A stretch of DNA of 61,955 nt, counting the filler, from Dimargaris cristalligena (lineage: Eukaryota), in the NCBI GenBank assembly GCA_003614675.1. It is 13 parts of 13 records of this genome, joined end to end, with 100 filler letters (N's around TTAATTAATTAA, not from the genome) between each part and the next. Parts side by side here need not be neighbours in the genome. Positions count along the whole stretch, not along the records: positions 1 to 4,745 come from ML003733.1; positions 4,846 to 9,565 come from ML003734.1; positions 9,666 to 14,357 come from ML003735.1; 10 more parts are not named here. One strand, given 5' to 3'. The stretch's first letter is position 1, and every line of letters begins with the position of its first letter. Position numbers and translations under genes: made by a program. This document shows positions 1 through 12,297 of the stretch, one piece after another. The notes under the pieces were generated by a model. It had not been told where the DNA came from. It ran no database searches and worked only from the letters and a program-made list of their open reading frames with translations.

Positions 1-1212
1 CTGCACGGATTGTCCCAATGCCTAGCTGTTACTACCCCTGACATGTTTGCCGTACTCGGCATGTTAACGGAGGCTACACTGAGTCTGGGCATATTTACCT
101 TGCACCAAATGCTGCTTACCGCCTCCTTTCGTAAACACCAATCCGCCCGCGTTTATCTCATAGACCATCCTAACCCACCCCCGAGGCCACTACACCTTGG
201 CGTCGAACAGGACTTGCTTGTAGATGCGCCTGCCATTAAAGGCGAGTTTTTACGGGAATACTACCGAGTGGCGTGGTGGGCTTTCTTCCATACCGACGTG
301 CTCGCCGCCTTGCTGTTTGGCCATAAACCACTGGTGGACCTGAACGACTGTTTCGTCAATTTTCCTCAGGCAGGCGAGGATTTGGAAGCCCGGCTCGATG
401 CCGAGTTGTTAAGCACTGCGTCGCTGGATATCCATCATGGTCGAATGTACCCTACGTTTTTAAGTAATGGCCGCATCAAGCATAATGGACTAGTGATCAA
501 GGCGGAGATTGCTATTCTGGACCACCGCATTGCTCAGCTGCGATCCCGGCAAGCGACTGATCCGGCGGCCTGGGTCCGGGCCCTACCGGGTCTGAACTAT
601 GAACTGGACCGTTGGCACAGTCAGCTGGTGGAGCCGAGCCACCGGGTTAAGGACACTACTACCACCACCACCTCAAACGAAGACTCATTGGTGCTAAAAG
701 ACACCATCTCCGCCTCATTCCAAGCGCAGGTGATGTGTATCGTTCTTGTGCTGTTTCTTAACCATTTTGACGGCCACTCCCCTACTACAAGCACCGAACC
801 CTTCCCGGGCTCGGCCCTGCGGGAGGCGCTCCGGGCGACGACGGGGGATATCACCGATCGTACGTTAGGGGAATGCCACGAGCGGTGCTGGCACTATATT
901 ACCCGTCTTCGCTCACTTGTCATTGATTCCATTTTCCCACCAGCCATTATCTTTAATACACTATTCCTGACGGCCCTGTACCCGGCCGCCGTCATTTGCC
1001 ATGAGCGCGCCTATGGCATGGGCGTGGTGTACCCCACCCCGGTTGAATCCGCCGACCGCCAATTGGCGGATCGCTTTATGGATGAAATCATGCACGCCTT
1101 GGGGACGTTCGGGGAGTTATGGCAAGCTAATCTTAAAATTGTGGATGAAATTCGGCAGATACGTAACTCTCCCTTCACTAGGCGAACCTTGAGTATCGAG
1201 CACCTTATTTAA
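1..1212 (+). CDS. Fungal-specific transcription factor (Fungal_trans/MHR domain), 5' truncated
   Basis: Frame open from base 1; REYYRVAWWAFFHTDVLAALLFGHKP matches the 'E.RRR.WW..F..D......G.P' MHR motif; C-terminal 'ALGTFGELW' helix typical of Zn2Cys6 TFs. Confidence 0.75.
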   Translation: MHGLSQCLAVTTPDMFAVLGMLTEATLSLGIFTLHQMLLTASFRKHQSARVYLIDHPNPPPRPLHLGVEQDLLVDAPAIKGEFLREYYRVAWWAFFHTDVLAALLFGHKPLVDLNDCFVNFPQAGEDLEARLDAELLSTASLDIHHGRMYPTFLSNGRIKHNGLVIKAEIAILDHRIAQLRSRQATDPAAWVRALPGLNYELDRWHSQLVEPSHRVKDTTTTTTSNEDSLVLKDTISASFQAQVMCIVLVLFLNHFDGHSPTTSTEPFPGSALREALRATTGDITDRTLGECHERCWHYITRLRSLVIDSIFPPAIIFNTLFLTALYPAAVICHERAYGMGVVYPTPVESADRQLADRFMDEIMHALGTFGELWQANLKIVDEIRQIRNSPFTRRTLSIEHLI

Positions 1213-1489
1213 CGTCGGCGGCATCCCGCTGAACCAATGTTTGATATAGACTATTGTAATTATTGATTTTTTGGCGTTTCTGTCTTCTATATGACCGAAT
1301 CTATCGGGCAATTAGAGTATCACACTATACTTTACAAGCGCTTTAATTTATTTATTTAAGCGAATAGCCACTGTCTAGTAATGAATAAAGCATTCTGCGG
1401 CCTTAAATATGCACCCCTCCATCTGTAGTCCACATGCAATATTTGGTAGTGCGCCGATTGGCGGCGTTGTTTGCGGCCCAGCCATCGGC

Positions 1490-1632
1490 ATATGGGTGAA
1501 ATTAAACTAGCTGTATAAAGCCTTACACAATACGTGTATGGGAGAATATGTGAGATAAATTATTTTAACCAGTAATTTTGGCCTCATCTAATGGATTTAT
1601 CGTTATACAGCCTGTATGAACTTCTCTCATAT
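1490..1632 (+). mobile_element. ~143-bp MITE-like element (family M), copy 1
   Basis: Begins ATATGGGTGAAATTAAACTAGCTGTATA and ends TATACAGCCTGTATGAACTTCTCTCATAT (imperfect TIRs); homologous copies on other contigs. Confidence 0.7.
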
Positions 1633-3564
1633 AAACCGTCACAGGCATCTGATACCCCCCCAATAAATAGTACGAACAAATCGGTTTATCTAATTTGTTA
1701 AGCAAGTTTAAAAACAAACAATCCTAAAATAACCAATTTACTGCGAGAGTAATGCTATGAAATAACTTGGGGCCCAATAACCGACTCAATTATGTGAATA
1801 GCCTCTTCACCAATGGCGTCAAGGCTTAGAAATAAACAGTTCAAGACGAGAGTGAGGATAGTTTCTTTCTAGAACCACCCTCTGTTGATGTTTTAAAGTA
1901 TATTGCCCATTCTCGCCAATTTCGATAAGAGTATAGGAGCCTAAAAAGGAGCGCTCTGAGTAGCTCTGTCGGGTTCTTTTACACGTATTATAATGCTTTA
2001 ACATGGCACTGACAGATAACACATGCCAATTGATGGATATTTCATTACACAGAGCATGCGGCCGAATATGGCATTTTTGACTCGGGGACATATTTACCAT
2101 TATAGCCCTTAGGTGATTGTAGAATTTTAAATGTTATTATAGCGAAATTAAATAACCTACTTTAGAGGTGTGTTACTTCTACCCCAGCGGCCGAATTCAG
2201 TCCCGCAAAAACCAATGGGCCATCGCCCTTGGCCGAGGATAGTACGGCCGGGGACCTGGCCATTCAGAAACCCCGGCCATGGACGATGAATAACCCGTCC
2301 ATTATCAACGATGGCCGCAGCCTCTGATTCCTTACAATAATTATCCGAGGTATTCTGGGCATGATTTCCCCTCAGTCTTCCTAAGCCCTTTCCAGAGCCT
2401 CCATTCTTAATCGGGCGAACGGTGTGCCTATCAAGCATTAATCACCGCATATGATAGAGCTAAAACTGACCATATATAAAAGGTGCGCTACTTACCATGT
2501 TAATATCCCCTCAGTTTACTAAAATTTCCCAAGCGGCGCACATTCAGAGATATATGGATTAGTTGTATATTAAGGCATGAGATTTTTGCCTGTCATAGGG
2601 TTTTTCAGTCCTCTAAACGTAGTAATGTGGTACCCCGTCACCCTGGCGGATGTCAGCCAGGAAGGATTCTAGAAACCACCAACTGATCGGGTTAATAAGT
2701 TTAGTAATGTTTCCATGGTATTAACTTCAAATTGCGCGTCATCGACTCATTGCCAGTCATACTTTATTCAAGGTACCAACTAGTCCTACACTGGATTTTA
2801 GCCATTCACAGGTTTACTATATCCAGCTGTATTGCTGTTGCAACTTCAACGTGCTAATTTTTACACCGGTTCGTTTTCGTCGATTTAGTTTCGAGCCCCC
2901 CGATCCTATCCGCATTACCAGCCCAGGCTATCCCGGGATATCCAGAAAACCAGGTTGGCTTCGCTCGCCAAGTGACGTCAATTGCTGCGGCGTCCATAGG
3001 ACTACGTGTTACTCTTTACGTTTGATCTTCGAGGTCCAAGGGTCGTCGCAGCCCCTTCCCTCTTTCGTTGGCACTTATGGTTACGATTCCTGAATTGTCT
3101 CGGCTTTGTATAAATATACCCGCATCAGGCCTTTGAAGAGGTTTGCGAAGTATAGGCCACAGTTTGTTAAATCACATACTACTCTTCATATTATTCATTT
3201 ATTACTTCCATTTCTCGCCTAACCGTCCTTTAGTAGTTTCAAGACGGGATGATATATATAGCCTGTAATATTATGTCCCCTGGGGTATCCAGTATTCAAG
3301 TTTATTGATGCTACTGTGATTCAGTGACTAATCTTTATTTGTTAGTTCGTCCATCCCACGATTGCGTCTCTTTGAATAGAACCTGTTAATTTACTATATA
3401 CGGTGTTTAGAAACACAGGTTTAAAATAAAACTAGGGTGCAGAACCAGTGCGCTATGATGCTAATCTAGGCCTTTGATGAAAGGGCCGAATTATATATGA
3501 ACAATAATTAATTAATAATGTAAAAGTGATGAACACTATAAATAATAATAGATAAGAAAGTCCA

Positions 3565-4399
3565 TTAATGGGACCAGTTGCGACAGATAAATGGCCGCCG
3601 TCCGATGCAGTCATGGACGTGGTAAAATAGATCGAACGCGTCACCGAGGCTCGGCTCATGAATATAAAAACTTAAGTAAAAAAGAAAGTGCACTGGTATG
3701 GCCACCTTCTGGAACTTCGGGTCGTATACATAGCGTAAGATTGCGTGAAGTAAAGGCCGCTGGCACAGACATGTAGCCAGCTCAGTGGACACCCCGTATT
3801 GGTGAAACGCATGGAAGATGGGGTCGCGAGGGACTTGGGGACCTTTCAAAACAATAGGGGCCGTCAGGTTACTGGAAAAGTTATTGCGAGCCAAGGGGAA
3901 AGGCACTTGTAGATGTTTGGCTTCATTGGTGGCCCAAGGAGACCAGGCCAAGTTGCAGTGGCCCTGGTCGTGAGCACATCCGGCGAAACGATAACCACCC
4001 GGCATGGTCAAATCGAAATTGACGCCCGAAAGTTCATTGAGTAGCGTAATATGTTCAGCGGTGGCCGACAGGCCAATGGTCCCCAAGGTCATTATCCAGG
4101 GTCCATTATTACCACGCTCCATGGCGGTATCTTGAAGGTCGGACCGGTAGCGCATGCGTAGTCTTTGGAGTAGCTCCACTGCGACATGGGTTGGTTTAGC
4201 GACGAGCCGGTCGGTTGCAGAATCCTGTGAGGGGGTTACTTTCGACTGATGTATGGTTGGGGACGTAGTGCAGGCCGGGGTAGAAGAGGGGGTTAAAGTG
4301 TAAGACAGAGTACTCCCGTTGGCCAGGTTGGCGATGGTGGGCGAAGTAGCTACCTTCGTCGATGCCAGTACGTTGGAAGGGCGAGGCGGTGGGGCTCAT
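3565..4399 (-). pseudogene. Hypothetical protein gene, apparently split over two frames (4196-4399 and 3565-4179)
   Basis: Two adjacent GC-rich ORFs in different frames, downstream of a minus-strand TATATAAA at ~4693-4700; no family recognised. Confidence 0.4.
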
Positions 4400-4745
4400 G
4401 AATCGGAAAACAGCGGATACTACGATATCAAATGAAATAAGAACGGTTATGATCGAGGAATAAATGGGAATACACGGATACGGAAAAGTCTAGGTAAGGA
4501 GTGTATGGTAAGCGAGGGATGGTATGTGACTGAGACAGAGAATAAGCGGTGCTCAATAATTTCAATGGAGGAGTGAGGGTCAGGTCTCGGGGAATATAGA
4601 TTTAAATACGGAGTACTAGGGTGGGAATGATTGTTTAATTCGGGAGAAAGAGGGGAGAGCGGGGAATACGTGGAGGACCGTATCCTTTGGCCTTTATATA
4701 TCAATTTTAATAGGCGGTGCCGTACTAAAGGAAGGACGTGGAGGA

Positions 4746-4845
4746 NNNNNNNNNNNNNNNNNNNNNNNNNNNNNNNNNNNNNNNNNNNNTTAATTAATTA
4801 ANNNNNNNNNNNNNNNNNNNNNNNNNNNNNNNNNNNNNNNNNNNN
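4746..4845. other. Artificial contig-joining spacer (N run / TTAATTAATTAA / N run). The same spacer occurs at 9566, 14358, 19144, 23919, 28688, 33452, 38211, 42968, 47718, 52467 and 57215
   Basis: Twelve identical 100-nt N blocks, each with a six-frame-stop linker; the segments between them decrease steadily in length. Confidence 0.98.
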
Positions 4846-5639
4846 CCAGGTTGTATACATTTATTCTTTCGGGGCACAGCTTGGACTATTCGTAAAGGGA
4901 TGTGTTTCCAGTGCTTTTCCTCGAGCCCTAAAATACCAATCCAGTAGGATCGATGATATCAAAGCAGCCGTACAATGCCCTAAATACTTAGCCCTCTCAG
5001 AAGGTCGGGTGAAGTCACGATAACTTATGTTCTAAGTTTTTTTATAGCTGGCGTCGCCACCATCTCGGTATTCATGATTCGCGCGTATCTAGTATAGGGG
5101 GCTGACTATTCCTATGAACCGATCGATAATGGAGCAATACAAAGAAGGGAATGTTATATTTATAGTTTCGACTAAAGCGTAAAGGTAGGTCACGGTTAGG
5201 AGCAAAATATAAAAGTGGGGATTGGGGCGCCTCGGTTTCTCGTGTGGCTGCATCTACGGCATAATATTTTTATGCAATACCGCTTATGAGAGTCGTTAGT
5301 TAGTAACCATACATCTATTGCATGTTTTATCGCTCCTTCCTAGCCAAGGCCATCTTTCCAGACAGGTGTAGGTATAATGACCATTTGCCAAAACAATGAA
5401 TTTGCGACGGCCTCTAGTAAAGTGCCCGGATATATAAACCCACCTCCTCCATAATCACAAGCACTTCACCTTCTCTTTCCCATTATCCCTTCCTAACTCG
5501 TTTTCTATTTCATAGCGTGTTTCATCCACAAGCGCTGGTTCACCACTGCCGTCCGTGTCGATATTGTCTAGACATATCTCATCTCTCATTCCTCCCCCCA
5601 TCTATCCTTCGTTTAGACCCTTATCGGTCCATTTCCACC

Positions 5640-6210
5640 ATGATCACCACCAACTTTTACCTGCCACGTCTGCCCTACTCTGTGGGCCTCCGTACCCCCA
5701 ACTCCACCGTCAAGGTAAGTTCGGCCCGCTGTCCTTAAATCTCTAGCCATTTAAGATGCGGCGTTATTGGCTAGCCATTGGTATTATATTATTAGTAATG
5801 ATTGTATCTAATACCCGCGGTAATTCTATACTGTATGTGTACAACTCCTTGTCCTTAAGTAGACTCTTTCCTTCATGTCGATTTCTCGCATGATCATCTC
5901 TGGTGCAGTCGCCCAAGGCCAACTACCCGACTACTCACCCAGCCCCAGTAACTCCGACATTACGCCTACCCAACCCCCTCGTGTCATTTACAGAGTTGAC
6001 CGTCGCACGTTTGACCCCCCGACACCCATAATAACACCTTCGCACCTTGACCTCCCCGGCAGTATCCCAAGTGAACCAATTACTCCGGCCGTTGCTCAAT
6101 CGGGCGACTTGAAACAATCCAATCTAATCCGTCGAACGACAATGAACGCCCTCAGGTTTTGGTCGAGCCCAGGGCTACATACTCCACCCAACCTCACCCG
6201 GACAACCTGA
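5640..6210 (+). CDS. Hypothetical Pro/Ser/Thr-rich protein; exons 5640-5714 and 5863-6210
   Basis: TATATAAA at ~5431; ATG 5640; GTAAGT donor at 5715 and TAG acceptor ending 5862 join in phase 0 to ORF 5875-6210. Confidence 0.5.
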
Positions 6211-7961
6211 CTACACCCCTTCAGCCGAGCTGCGATTTGCACCCGTGTCATTCGGTACCATCACCTCAGACACTTACTGTTCCACTGCGTACCCGAGTCC
6301 CTGCCGAGTCCTCCGGGGTGGAACGTAGGCAACCACCCATCCATTTGGCGACACCATCCAACGGTATCCGTAGATCCTCGCTGGCCGCGGATTTGGCCAA
6401 CACTCCCCAAGCCATCACTAATCTTCGACGTGGGGAACACAGGGGTGCTGCTCGCCCGCAGTATGCGATACTAGCTAGAGTTTCTCGATTGGCCCTCTCT
6501 CATTGGGAGAATTTTCTGCAGACTATTATTTGCACCCGATTTTAAGAATGGTTGCTGAACAAATTGTATGTTTCATAATCTAATAAGCTGTTTAATATCT
6601 TTCCGTATCTTCATCATTATATAGCCCTGTACGCATAGCCACTTTGCATTACACCGCAGTATTTTATTCACATATTTAATAATACTATAGATTCTCGTTC
6701 CATTGATCGATGGTCTATCCCTATCTTGTTTTATAAAGAAATATACGATATATTTGTGTATTTGTGAGCAGTGGACTGATCAAACATATTCTAAGTTGTA
6801 AGGCCATCGTTTCCTCTTATCTATTTCTACCCCAAGAAAAAACAGGGAGCTTGGGTTTTAGATATTTAGATGTGTATGGGGGAGGGCGGGTAGAAAATAG
6901 GGCTACAGCAATATCGTCTATTGTATTTGACTGTGTCACCCAATCTCAGGTCACCATCAGTACCTCTATTAAGTACACTGCCTAAGCCTGTTTGTCTCAA
7001 TTGTGTATAGGCTCTACACCCCCGATTCAAGGGATAGGTTTTGCAATATATAGTTTTACAATAGACAAGGAGAGCTCGTGTAGATATATTTTTCTATACG
7101 ACATGCGTTTTCTTTTTATTCTTATCAATAACAGTGATAAAATATTCGCATCAAAGCACCAGTCCATCCTAATCGAAACCACCATGGTAATATAATTAAG
7201 ATTAGAAGAGCAGTATCAGAGTAAGTGCTAACCACTCCACGCCTACCTCGTTAAATAATGGGTTTACAAGAAATTATTCACGATCGGATTGCCGGAATGT
7301 ATTGTGGAATGGTAATGAAATGTGCTGAGTCATGAGGGGGTTAAAAAAATATTAAACAGCAAATGCTCGGCCTCCCGATTATGGGGATACAACTGTGATA
7401 TTGTACACAAGCCTTGGCATTCTATAGGGATTTGAGTTGCTTGAGTACACCTTCCTTTTTTTGTACCCTCTGTATGAATCATTAGCCACCTATACCATTG
7501 TAATTTTTGGTTCGAGACCTAGGTCCCTTTTTGGAAATCGTTGACCAAGGCCCATGAAATCATCTACAACAGTCAAACTCATGCACCAATAAACCCATTG
7601 TACTCTATTGGAATATTGGCAAATATACCCCCTTAAATTAACCCCTATTTCGCATAAAATCCAGACTGCTCTGTTAACCAGCCATCAAGTACATTATAAT
7701 GTCAAAAACTTAAATACAAGATCCCTTCTTTATTGGTAGGATATTTAACTATAAAGTCAGTAGGGTGGCCAAATTCGGAGAACACCAGTTCTATCACAAC
7801 CAAGGTGTTTAGGCATCTAGCAACTGTCTATGTAGTTTCACAATTGGTGAGCATCAGTCCACGATGTGAACTGTAGAGCTATGTTACTGAAGGGTTAGGC
7901 TGGCGTATTTTCTGTCAATGTATAAACAGTTAACTGGAAATGGGGCGGTTGGCCCCAGGAC

Positions 7962-8324
7962 TCAGGAGGATTGGTTACCCAAGTTGGATGTGTTCGGGGC
8001 GGCCATAGGAGGTGTATTGCCAAACATGGCTGGGTTTCTAGTGCCGGAAGAACTTGCGCTATGGCTCTGCGACCCAGAAGAGGATCTAGGTACAGCCTTC
8101 GTACTAGGAGTAGTAATATTACCAGATCTTCCCGAAGAGCCGTTTCCTCCTCTTCCAGTTTCACGGCTTGGTGTTTGGCTGACCCGCTCGACACTTTGAG
8201 AACTTCTATCAGTAGTTTGTCCATTAGCACTCCCGCTTTCATTACCAGTGCTTTCCATAGCAAGAGTTCCATGGCACGCAGCCGCAGCGACAAGGAGAAC
8301 CGCAAGGATGGAAATGGATTTCAT
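7962..8324 (-). CDS. Small secreted Ser/Gly-rich protein (120 aa)
   Basis: MKSISILAVLLVAAAACHG signal peptide, then a low-complexity S/G/N/T mature region; TATAAAA on the minus strand at ~8456-8462. Confidence 0.75.
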   Translation of the reverse strand: MKSISILAVLLVAAAACHGTLAMESTGNESGSANGQTTDRSSQSVERVSQTPSRETGRGGNGSSGRSGNITTPSTKAVPRSSSGSQSHSASSSGTRNPAMFGNTPPMAAPNTSNLGNQSS

Positions 8325-9665
8325 GTTGGGCACGATGGTTGGTAATTGAAGTGGCTTTTGAGAAATGTAAATGAGTGGGGTTTGAATTGATTGCTGGATA
8401 TTGTGTGAAGGTTGAGAATGTGATTGATGTTGTAGAAAGCAGCGGAGAGATGGTCTTTTATAGCAAAAGCTAGGCCCCCCTAGTCTGCGCTCATTTCTAG
8501 TGGGCAAGTACTTTTAAGGGCAGTGCGATTAGGTAATAGGCACATTGTAGCCCTACTACAGACTACACTTTCCACCCGGATCCTCTAAAGACCGATGATT
8601 CCAATTCCATTCATTTTTTATTCGAGAATTCGATAGTAGAGCTATTATATAGTATAATGACATTCGTTATGGTCCTCAGCAAGGTTCGCTATTAACTGTG
8701 GAAAGAGTGGTTCAAAGATTCTAAGCGAAGCTGGCTTGCAAATACCACTTCTCGAAACATGTTCACCATTCGACCACATGTAGATAATGTTCGCTGTATT
8801 TGGATATTGGTGAACAGATAGTACACCCCCCCTTGCTAAAATAATATTACAGCTTAGTGACAAGTCCAGGTCTTTTAATGTGAGAACTGCAGGCCATATA
8901 AAAAGAACTTTGTAATTGTAAGTGAATACGTGTAGCTTTAGGCATTGTCATATTTCGATGATATACCGTATTATATTAGTTAACGTTAAGGGTCTGGTTC
9001 AATTTAGTCATGGACACTATTGGTTGCTACAGTTCTATTGTTCGCATTGCTTATGGGGGTGGTACCAATTAGCCGTCCCGCAGGATACAGTTGTTTGAAT
9101 TGATATCAATCAAATTAACTGGCTGCTGATTGGGCGGGGAACTAACTAAATGGCGTGTTTGCTTATTTCTACATTTACAGAAATGATACTGGGCTAAGAA
9201 TCAATCCCAGTTGGGACTAATGCATGCAGACTTTCTTAAAGACACTCACCATTAGTTAGTAATGACTGAGATGTATTCTAGATAGAATTCGTAAGCTAAT
9301 AAAATATATCAAAACAATAATAAGAGAGAAAAGCCGCAAAGAGATTCAGGAGAACCTCTTCACTTGGTTTTATTGAGTAATAACTGAATCGTTGATAATA
9401 GGATATAGATAAATTCAGATGAGTAAGATAATTATAAACGTGACCCCGGTTATGAGGTGTCCATTTTCTAACAGTATAATTATCATCATTTGGGTCTCGT
9501 ATTGAATGGCTGTGGCCTTTTACATACAATTTACTAGACCACTATTTTTATTTGAGCATGGGCATNNNNNNNNNNNNNNNNNNNNNNNNNNNNNNNNNNN
9601 NNNNNNNNNTTAATTAATTAANNNNNNNNNNNNNNNNNNNNNNNNNNNNNNNNNNNNNNNNNNNN

Positions 9666-9930
9666 GACTCCCAAAAGATGTGGAGGCGGTCGAATCGGCC
9701 CAATACGCGATACCATTCGGCTAGGGAAAGTGCGGAAGAATTGGGGCTAACGGAATGAAGGTCGCCGACGGGGGCTAGACCGGTAAGTTCTTGAAAGCGG
9801 TTGTAAACCAGACGGGCCCGTTGCCGAAAAGCCGCCTGGACCTCTTCATGGGCTACATTGACCAATTCCTGGGTAAGCGACTCGATCAAGTCCTTTCGTT
9901 TCGCTTGGCCTTCGACCTCCTCCTTTTTGA
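9666..9930 (-). other. COG7: Inverted N-terminal coding piece of COG7
   Basis: Minus frame reads KRKDLIESLTQELVNVAHEEVQAAF...WYRVLGRFDRLHIFWE, resembling the COG7 segment that normally precedes the plus-strand part. Confidence 0.55.
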
Positions 9931-12297
9931 GTGAACCCTTTACTGGATTTCTGGACTGCAGTAACTACGCCGTCCTTGGCCGATGATAGCCCCACGGGAT
10001 CGATTGGCAACCCGACTCCGGATGCCCTGCACCGTCCGACTGATACGCTGGGCCGAGTCGAGCACTATTTCACCGCCCTCGTGGATTTCGTATGGGGCGA
10101 AACGGAATGGTTGACCACGACTTTGTCCGGACCCACCGAGGTCCCAGGGGATCCTCTGTATCAACTGTTGTCCAATTTATTTAGCCATATTCAGTCCAGC
10201 CTGGCCCAATGGGTACAGTTTGTAGCCAAGTCCATTGCGGATCGCATCCCGGATGACACAGTATGGGACCACCAGTATCCATTTATAGTAGACTTGTACC
10301 ATGCAGTTAGCAACCATTGTGTTACTCTGGACCAAATACTGCAAGAATTTACGGCCCGTCGGAACCATGCTAGCCAAATGAGCGCCAAGAACCTCCCGGG
10401 TCACTTTGCGAATATTGGCTACAACGACGACGACGATGATGATGACGGGGATGGTCGGGCCCTGATTGGCGGGTTTTCAGACTGGACTTTAACGGAAAAG
10501 ACTACGGTTCCTCAGTCACCACCCGAAGCAAAACCGAACAATTCATCTGACGCGGTCGACAGTGATATACTCATCCCGCTGTTGGAGCCCTTCCGTATCC
10601 TCCAAGAACAGTTCCCATCGATCGAAAACCAATGGCTGTGTAACCAAATTGACCGTGGATTCAATGGCCTGCTCGAACCTTTGGCTGCTATTCACCCACT
10701 GGCCCCGAGTCTACATTCGACCGATGTACTGGCCAAACCCGATTACCTGCTGGTGCGAACGGTCCTGGAAGATGCTTGCCAACGCATTACAGGTCTCCCC
10801 GAGGCCTTTAAGACTAGTTTGAATCGCCTAGTGCGGCTAGTCCGCGGCCGAATGTGGGCCACTTATCTTCCCATCATCCAAGAGGCCTATGTAGCTCTCC
10901 GTAGTACCAAATTACGCTCCCTGATAGCGGAAGTGAACCGGTGTTCGGCCCTACCGGATGTAACCACTTTACTCGCGTTTGCCCCGTGGAATCCCCGTCG
11001 AGATGATCGATCAAAGGCCGGTCCGCATGCCCCCCGGTACCACCACCACCCGTCACCCAGCCACCAGCAAATTGAAATTGGGTTTAATGTGCTTCGCCTG
11101 TGGCAGACCTTTGTAGTGGGGCTGCCCCAATTGGAGGATTATATTCGGCAGGCCTTTTTACAGGAAGCGCCGGATGTCCGGGGGCTGCTGGATCCCGTGG
11201 AATCGACTCCGAGAAATGATGATGATGATGCTACTCCTCATTCAACGGTCTCTCTTCCTGACCGTGCTCTCGAGGGTATTGGCTCGGATATAGAGCGGGG
11301 CGGGCTGGTTCAGTTCATTCGTAACACTGATGCGACACCCGCGTTTACCGCACCGGAATCCTTGCTAAGACGGAATGCCTCGTCTGTGGCGCATCTGGGC
11401 TGGACTAGCTTCACCCCGCTGTGGGTGGCGATGATGGTCCCCTTGTTCGCACCGTTAGCCCAATTTACGGCCCTGGATGATTGGCACCAAGACCGGTCAG
11501 CCGCCGCATCGGTATCTACCATGAATGTCCTTATTCCCAGCTTTAGCCTATCTCCGTCCTCTCCCTCGACCCAAGTCGGCGAGTATTTACTGACCCTGCC
11601 CCAACTGTGCGATACTTACTTAAATGACGCGGGTCATTGTGAATTACTGGCCACCTTGGTCGACCCGTGGCTGATGGCCCTAGGACAAGCCACCTTGGAA
11701 TCACGGCCGACTGCCGCGGAAATTAAATCAGTGGCCGAGCATGGGCCACTCGAACCTTTTTTTTCCGATTTTCCCTTCATTGTCGATGCCACAGCCCCGG
11801 CTTCCACTACGGCTCTACCGAAAGAGGACCTACTCACTCAGCGGATTTCGGCCTTAACCCAAGGGGCCTTGGCCATTTATACGCACCAAGTGATGTTGCG
11901 GCTGCGCTCTCCGCTAACAGCCAGTGGCCGGTCACAAATGGTGACCGACTTTAATTACCTGTCCAACATTGTACAGGCCATGGGTATTGAACCGATCCCC
12001 GTATTCCAACACCTCAGTGAGATTGTCGGATGCCCGAATCCCGAGGAGTCATGCGAGTCAGTATCCCCGCCGCTTTCCGGTCCTTCTCTGCCGAACCGAT
12101 TCTTGACGTGGTTGGATAAAGCCAAGTCAACCTCAACTGCAACAGCGGACCGGCCTGCCGATCTAGGGCTGGGCTATTTGCAGTTTGTCCTTGGTTTAAC
12201 TACTAAGGATATCAGTGACCGTATCATTGAACTAATTAGCCCGTCGTCGTCAGAACCATCCCCAACCAATTCAAATAAGAGTTCCGCCAACGGCTGA
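9931..12297 (+). CDS. COG7: Conserved oligomeric Golgi complex subunit 7 (5' part missing or inverted)
   Basis: PSFSLSPSSPSTQVGEYLLTLPQ and LTASGRSQMVTDFNYLSNIVQAMG are characteristic COG7 C-terminal motifs; no ATG at the ORF start. Confidence 0.85.
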   Translation: MNPLLDFWTAVTTPSLADDSPTGSIGNPTPDALHRPTDTLGRVEHYFTALVDFVWGETEWLTTTLSGPTEVPGDPLYQLLSNLFSHIQSSLAQWVQFVAKSIADRIPDDTVWDHQYPFIVDLYHAVSNHCVTLDQILQEFTARRNHASQMSAKNLPGHFANIGYNDDDDDDDGDGRALIGGFSDWTLTEKTTVPQSPPEAKPNNSSDAVDSDILIPLLEPFRILQEQFPSIENQWLCNQIDRGFNGLLEPLAAIHPLAPSLHSTDVLAKPDYLLVRTVLEDACQRITGLPEAFKTSLNRLVRLVRGRMWATYLPIIQEAYVALRSTKLRSLIAEVNRCSALPDVTTLLAFAPWNPRRDDRSKAGPHAPRYHHHPSPSHQQIEIGFNVLRLWQTFVVGLPQLEDYIRQAFLQEAPDVRGLLDPVESTPRNDDDDATPHSTVSLPDRALEGIGSDIERGGLVQFIRNTDATPAFTAPESLLRRNASSVAHLGWTSFTPLWVAMMVPLFAPLAQFTALDDWHQDRSAAASVSTMNVLIPSFSLSPSSPSTQVGEYLLTLPQLCDTYLNDAGHCELLATLVDPWLMALGQATLESRPTAAEIKSVAEHGPLEPFFSDFPFIVDATAPASTTALPKEDLLTQRISALTQGALAIYTHQVMLRLRSPLTASGRSQMVTDFNYLSNIVQAMGIEPIPVFQHLSEIVGCPNPEESCESVSPPLSGPSLPNRFLTWLDKAKSTSTATADRPADLGLGYLQFVLGLTTKDISDRIIELISPSSSEPSPTNSNKSSANG

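Noticed and set aside
4790-4801. Recurrent TTAATTAATTAA palindrome at regular ~4.75-kb spacing
   Set aside because: Artificial six-frame-stop linker inside N spacers; adjacency across it has no biological meaning
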